This document shows positions 1-10,399 of a stretch of 64,000 bases of DNA, in pieces (the first letter of the stretch is position 1; each line of letters starts with the position of its first letter). The translations under genes were made by a program, and so were the position numbers. This DNA comes from Tortispora ganteri. Taxonomy: Eukaryota. The stretch covers positions 372,001-436,000 of the forward strand of contig PPNB01000002.1 in the NCBI GenBank assembly GCA_003707115.1, read 5' to 3'. Under the pieces are notes generated by a model that saw only the letters and a program-made list of their open reading frames with translations, had not been told where the DNA came from and did not search any database.

Positions 1-1022
1 AGTCCGTATACTGCTAGAGGATTCAGCTGCACAGTGTCTTTCATTTCTCCAGATATTAGGGCGACAATTGATTTTGGAGTCCCGAGTAAGCACCCAGAAA
101 TATCTACAAATGCTTCAATATGATCATTGACCCATCTCTTTCCACCATTTCCGTATCCCTCGGCCTCTACCCATTTCATAAAATAAAAGACAATCTGTGA
201 GCCCATTGAGTGACTAACTAGAATAGTTTTCTCACCTGTGAATTTTAAATTATGTTCAATAACCGTTTTTAATTTTGTGAAGTAATGATCTCTTCTCTCT
301 AGGTCTGAATAAGCCAATCGCCAATCATAAGCAGCCGAGAACATATTGTTAGGGTCATATTGGAAAGCAGCCAAGTTTTCTAGTAATTTGTTCCATATCC
401 AGTAGCCGGTAATAAAGAAATCACTGGCTTCAAATCCTTGAGCCGCTCGGAGCTTAGCACCAGGTGGATCCATTCCGGTTTCAGGATCCAGACATATTTG
501 ATTGAGCCAGCATTGTTTATCCATAAACATAGCCTTAATCATCGACCAACTACCCCACAGTCTCTGGCGAAAGTTCGCCTTAGTAGCACATGCATTAGGT
601 TGATCATCAACGTACCAAGATTCAATTCCAGTAGAAATGACTCCAGGAATAGTGACAATTGGGTATTTGGCAGTGAGGTTCAAGGATTTCAAGTAAAATC
701 CCACAGCAAATGATTCCGATGAATCATAACGCTCATATTCCTCTCTATTAATTAGTTCTGCTTCGCTCAAAATCGACGCAGGAAGAACATTACGCCAATC
801 ACTTAGTACTTCAGAGATATAATCCATATCAATATCGCTGATCATATCGCTGATATGATCTAACGACATATTTTCGCTATAATTAACATATGTACCAATT
901 AGCATTGAAGTCAATACAAATATTATTGAAACTGACCAATAAACAAATTTGGGATACCTAAAAAGCTCATCTTTATCATTCTTTTTAATTTTCTTATGCT
1001 TAGTTTTATGTTTTGCAGCCAT
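1..1022 (-). CDS. LRO1: Phospholipid:diacylglycerol acyltransferase (PDAT, LCAT family), 5' part; runs off the window's left edge
   Basis: Manual minus-strand translation from ATG at 1022: MAAKHKTKHKK...TM segment...IPGVISTGIESW...FRQRLWGSWSM...GYWIWNKLLENLA...AAYDWRL...VSHSMG (lipase nucleophile motif). Not in the ORF track because there is no stop inside the window. Confidence 0.93.
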   Translation of the reverse strand, partial: MAAKHKTKHKKIKKNDKDELFRYPKFVYWSVSIIFVLTSMLIGTYVNYSENMSLDHISDMISDIDMDYISEVLSDWRNVLPASILSEAELINREEYERYDSSESFAVGFYLKSLNLTAKYPIVTIPGVISTGIESWYVDDQPNACATKANFRQRLWGSWSMIKAMFMDKQCWLNQICLDPETGMDPPGAKLRAAQGFEASDFFITGYWIWNKLLENLAAFQYDPNNMFSAAYDWRLAYSDLERRDHYFTKLKTVIEHNLKFTGEKTILVSHSMGSQIVFYFMKWVEAEGYGNGGKRWVNDHIEAFVDISGCLLGTPKSIVALISGEMKDTVQLNPLAVYG

Positions 1023-1677
1023 TTTGAGCGTCAATATTCGTGTATGGTAAGGTAAGGCAGCTGAATATATAATAAAGCCTGAAAACTAGGGTGGGCAATA
1101 TACTTTGATTTTAAGAATCTCTCTGGTCATCGGTCTACACCATAGTCTGAATTCACATGTTAATATTGCCACTAATATACTACCACAATAATTTTTATAC
1201 TGTATAATAGATTTTTTGGACTTTGTTTTATTTATAGGCAATATAGCATACTCAATTGTCGAACATTCGCTCATCAGCAATTTGAAGAATTAGAGTTTCT
1301 ATACCCACTCCAGACTTACGGATAATAACACCGGAAATCGCAAATTGATCACAATTGGATCTAAATTTAACGCAATTACATTGACAATAGTCTTTTGGTA
1401 TATGAATTAATGGATTTTAGATATTTAATTTAATATTCTTTTAATAGAAATGCCTTATAGGTGCTTATAATATGATGGAAGAGTAGAATCAAATACGGAG
1501 TCTAGAAAGATATTCAATTACTATCATTCATGATTGATTATTGACGACTTTTTTTCATAAGTACTTTATTCATTACTGGTAATCTTTGCTTTTTTAACAT
1601 ACACTGCTTACATGACTAGTCACTTTTAACGATATGTCTTATATAGACCATAAAGAGAACACGCATAACTAATGAAA

Positions 1678-1702
1678 TACGGCAACTTGTACGGCAACTT
1701 GT
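1678..1702. repeat. Short tandem duplication (TACGGCAACTTG x2)
   Basis: tacggcaacttg-tacggcaacttg-t read directly in the AT-rich intergenic region. Confidence 0.8.
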
Positions 1703-2825
1703 TCTCATCGTTGAACCAAAATACTCTACGAGATACGAATTTATGCTGCAATGATAAATTTAGTCACTATTTGTGGTTTATATATTTTCCGTGATCTGTT
1801 TAAAGACACGCGAAAAAGCTATTCAATATGTATGTCTTCCTTTCAGTTCTGTATCAGCATGAAACTGATATAAGCAATTTGTTAGACATACAGAAATTGC
1901 TAGAGAGAATCATTTCTTAAAAAAATTTCGGTACATGTCAGTCAATTCTTTTTAACATAGTAATAACTCTAGACTATCAGGGCGATTGCAATGCACTGAA
2001 GGACTATAAATCATATTGCCACCTATACCGCTGATAGTACTAGTAAAATGAAAATATTGGAGTTAAACAAATACTGATGAAAAAGAGTGTTTGAAACTTC
2101 TCAGATATTTACAATACGCAAACGTACGACTGTGTAATCAGCTTTTCTGGATCGATGATCGACAGAGACCAATGCTTGATTTTGCGCAGAAAACGGCGCC
2201 AGTCGTGATAGCTGCTTTATTTATATCTTTTTTTAAAAATATAAGCAGATATATGTAACAGTTTGATGTAGCATATGTCCTTACATACTTGTCATTTTAG
2301 TCGTCCATCTGATCAGATTCGTGGTTAAGAGGTTCATCAAAGATAACACAAATATTCTAACAGCCGCATCACAGTTAGAACGTCTTATTGATAAAGTTTT
2401 CTCTCTGAACTGTACATTAGCAGAAGGACATAGCAATGCAATATAATCTTTGGAAGTGTATATAAAAACAGGCTATTATTTTAACAGATTTAGTTATACT
2501 TAAAATGCCAGAAAAAAGCGATAGAAATATTAGAAAATTAGTATACAATTGAACAAGAAACACAAATAACAGCATACTTAACTATGCCATAGAGATCTCC
2601 ATTTGAAATTATAAGTATAACCTTCTAAATTATACATAATAGTACAATTGTATACTGAAATCATTCATATTAGAAATATAAATTAAACAAAGCATTTTGT
2701 TTGCGAAATGTACTGTATGAATGAATAGAGTACAAATATGTATGAAGTTTCCATAACAACAAACGGCTATGACCACTTTAAGACATTACAATTCTCTTCA
2801 GGATCAGTATTTGATTTAAATACTT

Positions 2826-3506
2826 ATGAACACTCCTAAAGCGGTTGCCGTTAAGCGTAAAAGAGGAGATGATGCATTGAAGAAGTTGAAGTTTCGCCGT
2901 GAGAAACGCGTTCGAACAAACTTTCCTGACAAATCTGTTGAAATCTTTCGATTAGCTAAAACGTACGATGAAGTAAGTCAAATCGAAATCGATTCTCGAG
3001 ACCTTATAACAATATCGGCTTCAGATGCTGAAGACAGTAAACAATTTCGCGTTGTGCGATCTTCTTGTCAAAGTGGATGGACATCAGCAGCACGATCGAA
3101 TCCTGGAACGCCTGCCTTTAACGAGAGAAAACAGTCTGTATCCGGCCCGCTCGGTGACATGGTAAGAGAATATTTAAAGCTGCAAGAGCAATTGAATGTA
3201 AATGATGTTGAAGAACCAATAAATGATGAAAAAGTTAATCGGGTAACGGAAGACGAAAAGGATAATGAAAACCAGGATTTTGTTTATGATGTGTATTACC
3301 GGTACGATGATGATGACAATGAAGAAGATGATTACGGGTTAATTGTGTTTGAGGACGAACAGCGAGTTGCCGATTTTGATTCAGAACCAGAAGATGAAGA
3401 CGAAGTAGATTCAAATGCAGAATCTTATTATCAAAACTCTTATCCGAGCGACGAAGACGAGGAATTTGATAGCGAGAATGAAGAAGAAGTATGGAGTTCA
3501 AGATGA
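2826..3506 (+). CDS. IWR1: RNA polymerase II nuclear import factor Iwr1
   Basis: N-terminal VKRKR, FVYDVYY and DSNAESYYQNSYP motifs, and an acidic C-terminus typical of Iwr1. Confidence 0.85.
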   Translation: MNTPKAVAVKRKRGDDALKKLKFRREKRVRTNFPDKSVEIFRLAKTYDEVSQIEIDSRDLITISASDAEDSKQFRVVRSSCQSGWTSAARSNPGTPAFNERKQSVSGPLGDMVREYLKLQEQLNVNDVEEPINDEKVNRVTEDEKDNENQDFVYDVYYRYDDDDNEEDDYGLIVFEDEQRVADFDSEPEDEDEVDSNAESYYQNSYPSDEDEEFDSENEEEVWSSR

Positions 3507-3548
3507 CGGGCAGTTATGTTGCATAAAACGCGATAATTGTCACTAAAA

Positions 3549-4166
3549 TTACTTTGAACTTTCGCCAACTAAAATATTGTCTATAAGACCAAGTTCTAAT
3601 GCCTGTTCAGCTTGCAAATAGTTGTCGCGCTCCATGAGTTGGTTAATTGATTCTAAACTCAAATCAGACTTCATATGTCTTTTGTAGAGACGGTTTAGCA
3701 GTTCTCTTGTTTTTAAGATTTGTTTAGCTTGGATAGCTATATCAGACGCTTGCCCTTGAACACCACCTGACGGTTGATGAATCATTACTGAAGCATTCTC
3801 TAGCATTGATCTCTGACCTTTAGCCCCACCGGCGAGCAGCAACGATGCCATACTGGCAGCTTGACCGACACACACTGTGGATACAGGAGATTTAATAAAT
3901 TGCATTGTATCATAAATAGATAAACCTGCTGTAACGCTGCCACCGGGCGAATTGATATATACATTTATCGGCTTGTCTTTACTTTCGCGTTCCAAAAACA
4001 ACAGCTGGGCTACAGTGGTAGAAGCCATGTTGTCTTCGATAGGACCGGTTATCATTATAATTCTTTCGCGAAGTAACATAGAAAAGACATCAAAATGGAG
4101 CATTGCTGATCCATTCTCATCAATTACAGTAGGAATTAAAGATCGTAACCCGCGTAGAGCAGCCAT
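3549..4166 (-). CDS. CLPP: ATP-dependent Clp protease proteolytic subunit (mitochondrial ClpP)
   Basis: LLRERII, YINSPGGSVTAG, AASMAS (Ser), MIHQP (His), MERDNY (Asp): complete catalytic triad. Confidence 0.95.
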   Translation of the reverse strand: MAALRGLRSLIPTVIDENGSAMLHFDVFSMLLRERIIMITGPIEDNMASTTVAQLLFLERESKDKPINVYINSPGGSVTAGLSIYDTMQFIKSPVSTVCVGQAASMASLLLAGGAKGQRSMLENASVMIHQPSGGVQGQASDIAIQAKQILKTRELLNRLYKRHMKSDLSLESINQLMERDNYLQAEQALELGLIDNILVGESSK

Positions 4167-4259
4167 AGTCGTATCGGAAGTTCGCCATTAGTATTTTGGG
4201 ACCTAGTCAATGGTGTTTTGGCCCCTCGACTTCATTTTTGCTTCTTTTGGCATTTCAAT

Positions 4260-5963
4260 ATGTCTCAATTCGAAAAAGAGAAATCAAATATTATTAAATA
4301 TTGTTTTAGCCCCGGAAGATCAGCTAAAGACGATACTTATGTTACTCACGTTCATGTCAACGAGATGAATCCTTCCGTTCATGGTTCGGCTAAACAACCT
4401 TCGGACAGCTTGAAACCGCGTATAATAATAGCCGCCAGAAGAATAGATGGTTCACCTGTTCTTCATAAAAGCAAAGAATCTGAGTCTGGACATGTACAAA
4501 TAGGGAAGACATGGAAAATTGATGATATATCTTCTATTGTAAACGACACATCTAATGGTACAGGCATTACAATAACAATAGGTAAACCCTATTACTGGAT
4601 GATGCCCTCGGTTAGCGAGAAAAACAGATTTGTGGATTCTATTATTCATCTCTACAGGACTTCTACACATGGTGCACTTTTCGAACTTCGTGGTTGGCCA
4701 GCAGGTGAACTCTTATCTGCATCCAAGCCCGCATCAGCATATGCCTCTTCTTTCAGTCAGGCCTATTCCTCACCAAGACAACCGGAAACACGCAACAGCA
4801 ATCATTCTAATATATCCTACTCTATTAGAGAGCAGAATTCAGAACATACTCATACAAGTGAAACGTTTGTTACGCCTCCTGAGTCCCCCAATAAAAACTT
4901 ATATCAGTCTCCACAGAGGTATGCTACTTCGAATAGTCCATCAAAACCCTCTTCTTTCACGCCTAAAAACCAGAGTCCGTATCAAACCAATTCCGTTTCT
5001 CGAACACAACAGCAACCGCCACAGAATCCCTATGCATCCCCTCACAAGTTATCGCAAGCTGCCTCTGATGCGGTCAACGGAGCTACGAAATCTAATATAC
5101 CAGCAAATTTACCAAATACATATCGCTCTATGCTCACTGACAGTTCTGCCAACTTTTCTAAACCTGCTGCTACAAGAGTCAAAGCTCCTTTCAACCCAGA
5201 AATGAGATCTTCCGACACTAATAGTCCATATGCTCATGCAAATTCACTTGAAACCGAGAATACTCGCTCAAATTTCGACAATAATGCAGAGTTAAAACAG
5301 ATACAGCAGTATTCTCGAAATCCCAGTATTACTCCTCGATCTGATAGCAAGCCATCTGCAGAAACATCACCAGACTTGCCTGCAAAGAACAAAAAACGCA
5401 TGGCAGTACAGTACTCTGAACAAGGGACATTAGCGTCACCACTATCAATGGATAGCACAACAGGTGCAAGCGTCCAGAAAGAGCATGACGAAAATCATGG
5501 GAATGGAATTCAGTCTGTTCATATTGACAGAATAGTAAGAGACCTTGATTACGACTTATTAGATGAGAAAAGTGCTAATTATTCTCCAGAGGCGACGTTT
5601 GATCCAGAAAAGTTCATTAAAGAGACAACTGCTGTAGATAGCATACTTGAAGGGTTTGATTGGATCGAAGGTCAGTCATCTAAACGGCTAGAAAGATTAA
5701 TTATGGAGAAAATTGGAAATATTGGTCTCGAGAACATGTCAAATATCTTGGGAAGTGCAATACTAGAGAACACCGTGCGCAAAAAGCTAGCATTGGTGAC
5801 GGAAAAAGCAGACACTCTTGATGAAGTATTGGACATGTATATGCAGGGTTTGAAAGTTCTATCCGATGATGTTCGGAAAATAGAAAACGAAAATGACGGG
5901 CTACAAAAACGTGTTTCTGAGGTCCGTATGAGACTCGAAGAAAAACATATACAAAGTCATTAA
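4260..5963 (+). CDS. Sec3-like exocyst protein: N-terminal PIP2-binding PH domain, low-complexity linker and coiled coil; C-terminal helical domain absent
   Basis: QIGKTWKIDDI..ITIGKPYYW (Sec3 PH domain) and LSDDVRKIENENDGLQ (Sec3 coiled coil); first ATG at 4260. Confidence 0.8.
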   Translation: MSQFEKEKSNIIKYCFSPGRSAKDDTYVTHVHVNEMNPSVHGSAKQPSDSLKPRIIIAARRIDGSPVLHKSKESESGHVQIGKTWKIDDISSIVNDTSNGTGITITIGKPYYWMMPSVSEKNRFVDSIIHLYRTSTHGALFELRGWPAGELLSASKPASAYASSFSQAYSSPRQPETRNSNHSNISYSIREQNSEHTHTSETFVTPPESPNKNLYQSPQRYATSNSPSKPSSFTPKNQSPYQTNSVSRTQQQPPQNPYASPHKLSQAASDAVNGATKSNIPANLPNTYRSMLTDSSANFSKPAATRVKAPFNPEMRSSDTNSPYAHANSLETENTRSNFDNNAELKQIQQYSRNPSITPRSDSKPSAETSPDLPAKNKKRMAVQYSEQGTLASPLSMDSTTGASVQKEHDENHGNGIQSVHIDRIVRDLDYDLLDEKSANYSPEATFDPEKFIKETTAVDSILEGFDWIEGQSSKRLERLIMEKIGNIGLENMSNILGSAILENTVRKKLALVTEKADTLDEVLDMYMQGLKVLSDDVRKIENENDGLQKRVSEVRMRLEEKHIQSH

Positions 5964-6000
5964 CATTAATGTTGAGGCAAGAATAGAACCAATGCCTAAT

Positions 6001-6576
6001 TCAGTCATCCCACCATGATATCAGCCCCATGCCTTCCGACTGGCATGAAGCTATTAGCGAATAGGGCGGCGTAACAAATCCTTCTGCGGTATCTGGTTTC
6101 GTGGGGCCTGTTTCAGAGAAAATCTCTTGCTCGACCCGAAACCTGATTTTTTCGTTGTTATCTAAGTATAATTCCTGGCCTTCTGGTCGCCAGACCCATG
6201 CCTGCTCTTTAGGCACAAAAGAGCAGTCATTAAAAAGAAACTGTTTTGGTATCCATATATCATCGAAGAACTGCATTCGTACCTTTATACCTTCGCTCGT
6301 GCAAGAAGAAATCCAGCCAATTAGCACCTCTCCTATAAAGGGCCTAAAGACGATCATTCTAAATTCTACGCTAACATATATACCAGCGTCACCCGGTCGT
6401 AGCATACCATCCTGTATTGATTCTATATCATAGAGACATATGCAAAGGCCTGTATCAAGAAGCACTTTGTTAGAATACTTCTTATTAATCTCATCTTCAA
6501 GTGCCTCTAAGGTGTGTCTTTGAAGTTCAGTTGGAGCAATACGAATTATATCAGAAATCCGGCTAAGCCAGAACAT
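6001..6576 (-). CDS. RPC25: RNA polymerase III subunit C25
   Basis: EINKKYSNKV..GLCICLYDI, FRMIVFRPFIGEVL, C-terminal GMGLISWW. Confidence 0.95.
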   Translation of the reverse strand: MFWLSRISDIIRIAPTELQRHTLEALEDEINKKYSNKVLLDTGLCICLYDIESIQDGMLRPGDAGIYVSVEFRMIVFRPFIGEVLIGWISSCTSEGIKVRMQFFDDIWIPKQFLFNDCSFVPKEQAWVWRPEGQELYLDNNEKIRFRVEQEIFSETGPTKPDTAEGFVTPPYSLIASCQSEGMGLISWWDD

Positions 6577-6676
6577 CTATGAAGCGTTTAATAGCCAGAG
6601 TTTAGGGTACCAATTGTTTTCGCAAAATTCAATGTTGGCTCAAATTTAACTTCATTCCCAGGTGGGAAGATACTAG

Positions 6677-6713
6677 CCAATCATAAGGTCGCTACTTATT
6701 GCCCAATCATAAG
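6677..6713 (+). promoter_or_regulatory. Two CCAAT boxes (CCAATCATAAG x2), probable HAP complex sites upstream of NUO51
   Basis: Direct repeat CCAATCATAAG at 6677 and 6703, 100-140 bp upstream of a respiratory-chain gene. Confidence 0.55.
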
Positions 6714-6813
6714 CTCTCAAATTATATCAATCTTTAATACCACACCCTCCACATTGATACTTTCGATCAAGAGTCTTCATTATACTTCTTTGAAGTCTAG
6801 CCACTAATTTCAT

Positions 6814-8271
6814 ATGAATCGCCATTGCAGACCCGCGCGATTACTTGTAAGAGGTCTAGCGACTGCCGCAGACACACCGAAACCGAGAGTTTACGGCGGA
6901 CTGAAAGACCAAGACCGAATCTTTCAGAATGTATATGGAAAATATGGCAGCGACCTGAAATCTGCAATGAAAATGGGTGATTGGTATAAAACTAAAGAAA
7001 TCATACTGAAAGGTGATAAATGGATCATAGATGAAATTAAAAAGAGCGGTCTTCGCGGTAGAGGTGGAGCCGGTTTCCCTTCTGGCTTGAAATGGAGTTT
7101 CATGAACCCTCCTGGATGGGAAAAGAATGAAGGACCTCGTTATGTATGCGTCAATGCTGATGAGGGAGAACCAGGCACATGTAAGGATCGTGAGATTATC
7201 AGAAAGGATCCTCATAAACTAGTTGAAGGATGTCTAGTAGCTGGACGCGCAATGAATGCGACTGCTGCTTACATCTACATTAGAGGTGAATTCTACAATG
7301 AGGCCGTCACCCTTCAGCGTGCTATTGATGAGGCCTACAAAGCTGGTTTTCTTGGAAAGAATGCATGTGGTTCTGGTTACGATTTTGATGTTTTTATCCA
7401 CAGAGGTGCCGGTGCTTACGTCTGTGGGGAGGAAACTTCCTTGATTGAATCTCTTGAAGGTAAGGCAGGTAAGCCTCGTCTTAAACCGCCATTCCCTGCT
7501 GGTGTTGGCTTGTTTGGTCGCCCTACAACTGTCACAAATGTTGAAACTGTTGCTGTAGCGCCTACAATTTGCCGAAGGGGTGGAGAATGGTTCGACCAAT
7601 TTGGCCGTGAACGTAACTCCGGCACTAAACTTTTCTGTATTTCTGGCCACGTTAATGAGCCTTGCACTGTTGAAGAAGAGATGTCTATTCCTCTACGCGA
7701 ACTTATCGAGAAGCACTGTGGTGGTATTCGTGGCGGCTGGGACAATTTACTTGGAATTATTCCTGGCGGCTGCTCTGTACCTATTTTACCAAAAAAGGTA
7801 TGCGAAGATGTTCTTATGGATTTCGATGCGCTGAAGGATGTTCAATCAGGTCTTGGAACCGCTGCTGTTATTGTTATGGATAAGTCTACTGATATAATTC
7901 GAGCAATTCAGCGATTTTCGGCATTCTACAAGCATGAATCTTGTGGGCAATGTACGCCTTGCCGTGAAGGAACTACGTGGTTGCAGAAATGCATGGATCG
8001 CATGAGGACTGGCCAAATGACTTCCCGCGAGATTGACATGCTTTGGGAACTCACAAAAGAAATTGAAGGACACACTATTTGCGCATTGGGTGATGCTGCT
8101 GCTTGGCCTATCCAAGGATTGATTCGCAGTTTCCGTCCTGAAATAGAGAAGCGCATCGAAAAGTTTGCCTCTGAAATTGGATCAGTTTCTGTTGGAGGTT
8201 GGACTCCTAATAACAAAGTAAGCGGTGGTGTTGTTGAGGGTATTGGTGCTCCTAAGTCATCTCATCATTAG
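6814..8271 (+). CDS. NUO51: NADH:ubiquinone oxidoreductase 51 kDa flavoprotein subunit (NDUFV1)
   Basis: [52 protein letters not shown]e-S motif. Confidence 0.98.
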   Translation: MNRHCRPARLLVRGLATAADTPKPRVYGGLKDQDRIFQNVYGKYGSDLKSAMKMGDWYKTKEIILKGDKWIIDEIKKSGLRGRGGAGFPSGLKWSFMNPPGWEKNEGPRYVCVNADEGEPGTCKDREIIRKDPHKLVEGCLVAGRAMNATAAYIYIRGEFYNEAVTLQRAIDEAYKAGFLGKNACGSGYDFDVFIHRGAGAYVCGEETSLIESLEGKAGKPRLKPPFPAGVGLFGRPTTVTNVETVAVAPTICRRGGEWFDQFGRERNSGTKLFCISGHVNEPCTVEEEMSIPLRELIEKHCGGIRGGWDNLLGIIPGGCSVPILPKKVCEDVLMDFDALKDVQSGLGTAAVIVMDKSTDIIRAIQRFSAFYKHESCGQCTPCREGTTWLQKCMDRMRTGQMTSREIDMLWELTKEIEGHTICALGDAAAWPIQGLIRSFRPEIEKRIEKFASEIGSVSVGGWTPNNKVSGGVVEGIGAPKSSHH

Positions 8272-8442
8272 AACAAGACAATGACCAGTTCTTGTGCTGT
8301 TTCTTATTTTATTTTACCCTTTTCTTTTTGGCTAACACTGCAATCAGCCCTTTCCTCATTGTTTCCTTTTACTTTACTCCAAATCTTCTCTCTTACGTCA
8401 CTACGAAATAAATTAAGTCATATCTGTATCTTCGTAGATACA

Positions 8443-9219
8443 TTATATCTGGTACCATGCTCTCTGAATGGCATATTGTACATTGTTCACAGTAGGTTGC
8501 GAATTTGGATTTACAGTGATAATCTCACCGTAGTATCCTACTGTATTAGCAAATTTCTTGTCAAGAACATCCTGAAATCGATCAAGAAGCGCTGTACTGT
8601 ATTTATGATTTCTAAAAATTGATTCAGTATAAATAACAGGCTGCCATGAAATACCAAACCGTAAGAATACATCAATTATACGCATGTCCTTTTCGGAAAC
8701 GAGAGATTTAGCATCCATGAGTACCAATGCTCTATAAAGTTGACGTCGTTGCAAACAATAATCAGCAAGAAATTTTAAATTGGATTGATTCTGAATATTA
8801 ATACTGGTCAATAAATGATTATTCATGGAAATTGAGCTTGCGGCAGATCCGCGATTCAGAGTTTTTAAAGACGATTTTGAAAGTCCAAATAGCGCTCGCA
8901 GCAGGTTACCGTTCCAAGTTTCGTTATAATGAGCAATAACTACTTCAGGTTCAAGGTAATTTTCATTAACGTATTCTCTAAAACTTGTATCGTACTCTTT
9001 AGTGAATGCGACTAGTGCAATATCATCTTGTGTAAATCGTTTTCGGCATTTATTAAGGTCATTTATGGAATTGGGTCGTGAAACAGCGTCAACTCGAAGA
9101 CAAGATATTTCTTTCATTTCTGACCGCTTTAACTTGTCTTTTACATCTATACGATTTAGGACCAGCCTGTTTTGAGATCTTGGAATAGCTTTAAATACCC
9201 CGAGTACATTACGTGACAT
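8443..9219 (-). CDS. EngB/YihA (Mrx8-like) fold protein with degenerate GTPase motifs, probably mitochondrial
   Basis: PEVV..LLRALF and DYCLQRRQLYRALVLMDA..SEKDMRIIDVF..GISWQPVIY resemble EngB; basic presequence-like N-terminus; no GxxxxGKS motif. Confidence 0.55.
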   Translation of the reverse strand: MSRNVLGVFKAIPRSQNRLVLNRIDVKDKLKRSEMKEISCLRVDAVSRPNSINDLNKCRKRFTQDDIALVAFTKEYDTSFREYVNENYLEPEVVIAHYNETWNGNLLRALFGLSKSSLKTLNRGSAASSISMNNHLLTSINIQNQSNLKFLADYCLQRRQLYRALVLMDAKSLVSEKDMRIIDVFLRFGISWQPVIYTESIFRNHKYSTALLDRFQDVLDKKFANTVGYYGEIITVNPNSQPTVNNVQYAIQRAWYQI

Positions 9220-9604
9220 TACATTGGATCATGATAAATTTAGTTTTTGGCGCGTATATAGTTGATGACCGCATCAAAGTAGGGTAACATTGACATAAAT
9301 ATAAATATACAAAGTAATTATTGTGATAATTAGATATATATTATTATGTTATGTCTGATGTAAGATAAGCAGCTAGTATTCTCGACTCCAGCTTAGACGG
9401 TTTCATCAACTGGTCGCGTTCTCCAAGGACGAACGAAATCAAATCAGTAACAAATTAAGATACAAATTATGAATCGTGCGGCTGTGGAGTCATTTCATAT
9501 TATTATTTCTTGTCTTTTACAGTTAAACCTAACTTTAACGAAAGTAAGCAACACTCAATCACCGGTTTCCGCACCTCCTACAACGTCATAAGCAATCCAG
9601 AACA

Positions 9605-10393
9605 ATGTTTTGGTTTAAAAGCAAGAATAATGAAGAGTCTAGTACATCTGATGGTTTATCAGAATCTACATGCAGCATTACATGTGAAGAATGCGAAGGA
9701 AAGTTCCCTCGACTTAAAGGAATCGATCTAGAAAGTCCCTTGGCGGGATCAGCCAAAAGTTACGACGAACATATCTTAATTGGTACCGGCAAGAGTGACT
9801 GGATACATAGTATAGATGAAGAGCCTGCTAGTATTGCTAATGCAATATCGAATTGGAGTCATCCGTCAATAAAGGGTGATATTAGAATATCAAACAGTTC
9901 TCTACCTGTGGGAGTTATAGTAGTGTTGCCGCAATTCTTATATTTCAATTCCGCGGCTGCGACATGTGCGGAACAGTTAACGCGCATCTTTGATGATCTA
10001 AACATAGACAATGAGAAAGTTCCAAATGCTGCTAAACCGCTAGAGTGTGATAATATAGTATTATTATGTTCGCATAAGACCAGGGACAAAAATTGCGGAA
10101 TCACAGCGCCAATTCTTAAAAAAGAATTTGAACTAGTACTACGTGACAAGGGATTGCTACGTGATATAGAAGACAGTAGACGCGGAGGATGCAAGGTTTT
10201 GTATATATCGCATATTGGAGGTCACAAATTTGCGGGAAACGTGATTATATATAGAAAAGAAGGTAATATAATCTGGCTAGGGCGAATAAAACCAGAGAAC
10301 GTAAAGCCTATAGTGGAAGAGTCAATCTTGAAGGGGAATGTCTGGCATAACATGATGAGATTTGGTCGTAAAACATCGAAAATAGATTGGTAA
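9605..10393 (+). CDS. APD1: Thioredoxin-like [2Fe-2S] ferredoxin, Apd1/Aim32 (sucrase-ferredoxin) family
   Basis: LLCSHKTRDKNCG and SHIGGHKFAGN (CX8C...HXGGH ligand set); TGKSDWIH. Confidence 0.88.
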   Translation: MFWFKSKNNEESSTSDGLSESTCSITCEECEGKFPRLKGIDLESPLAGSAKSYDEHILIGTGKSDWIHSIDEEPASIANAISNWSHPSIKGDIRISNSSLPVGVIVVLPQFLYFNSAAATCAEQLTRIFDDLNIDNEKVPNAAKPLECDNIVLLCSHKTRDKNCGITAPILKKEFELVLRDKGLLRDIEDSRRGGCKVLYISHIGGHKFAGNVIIYRKEGNIIWLGRIKPENVKPIVEESILKGNVWHNMMRFGRKTSKIDW

Positions 10394-10399
10394 TGAAAA

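Noticed and set aside
438..1280. Small ORFs at 438-713 and 1086-1280
   Set aside because: The first is antisense to LRO1; the second is a short non-ATG-started AT-rich ORF with no motif
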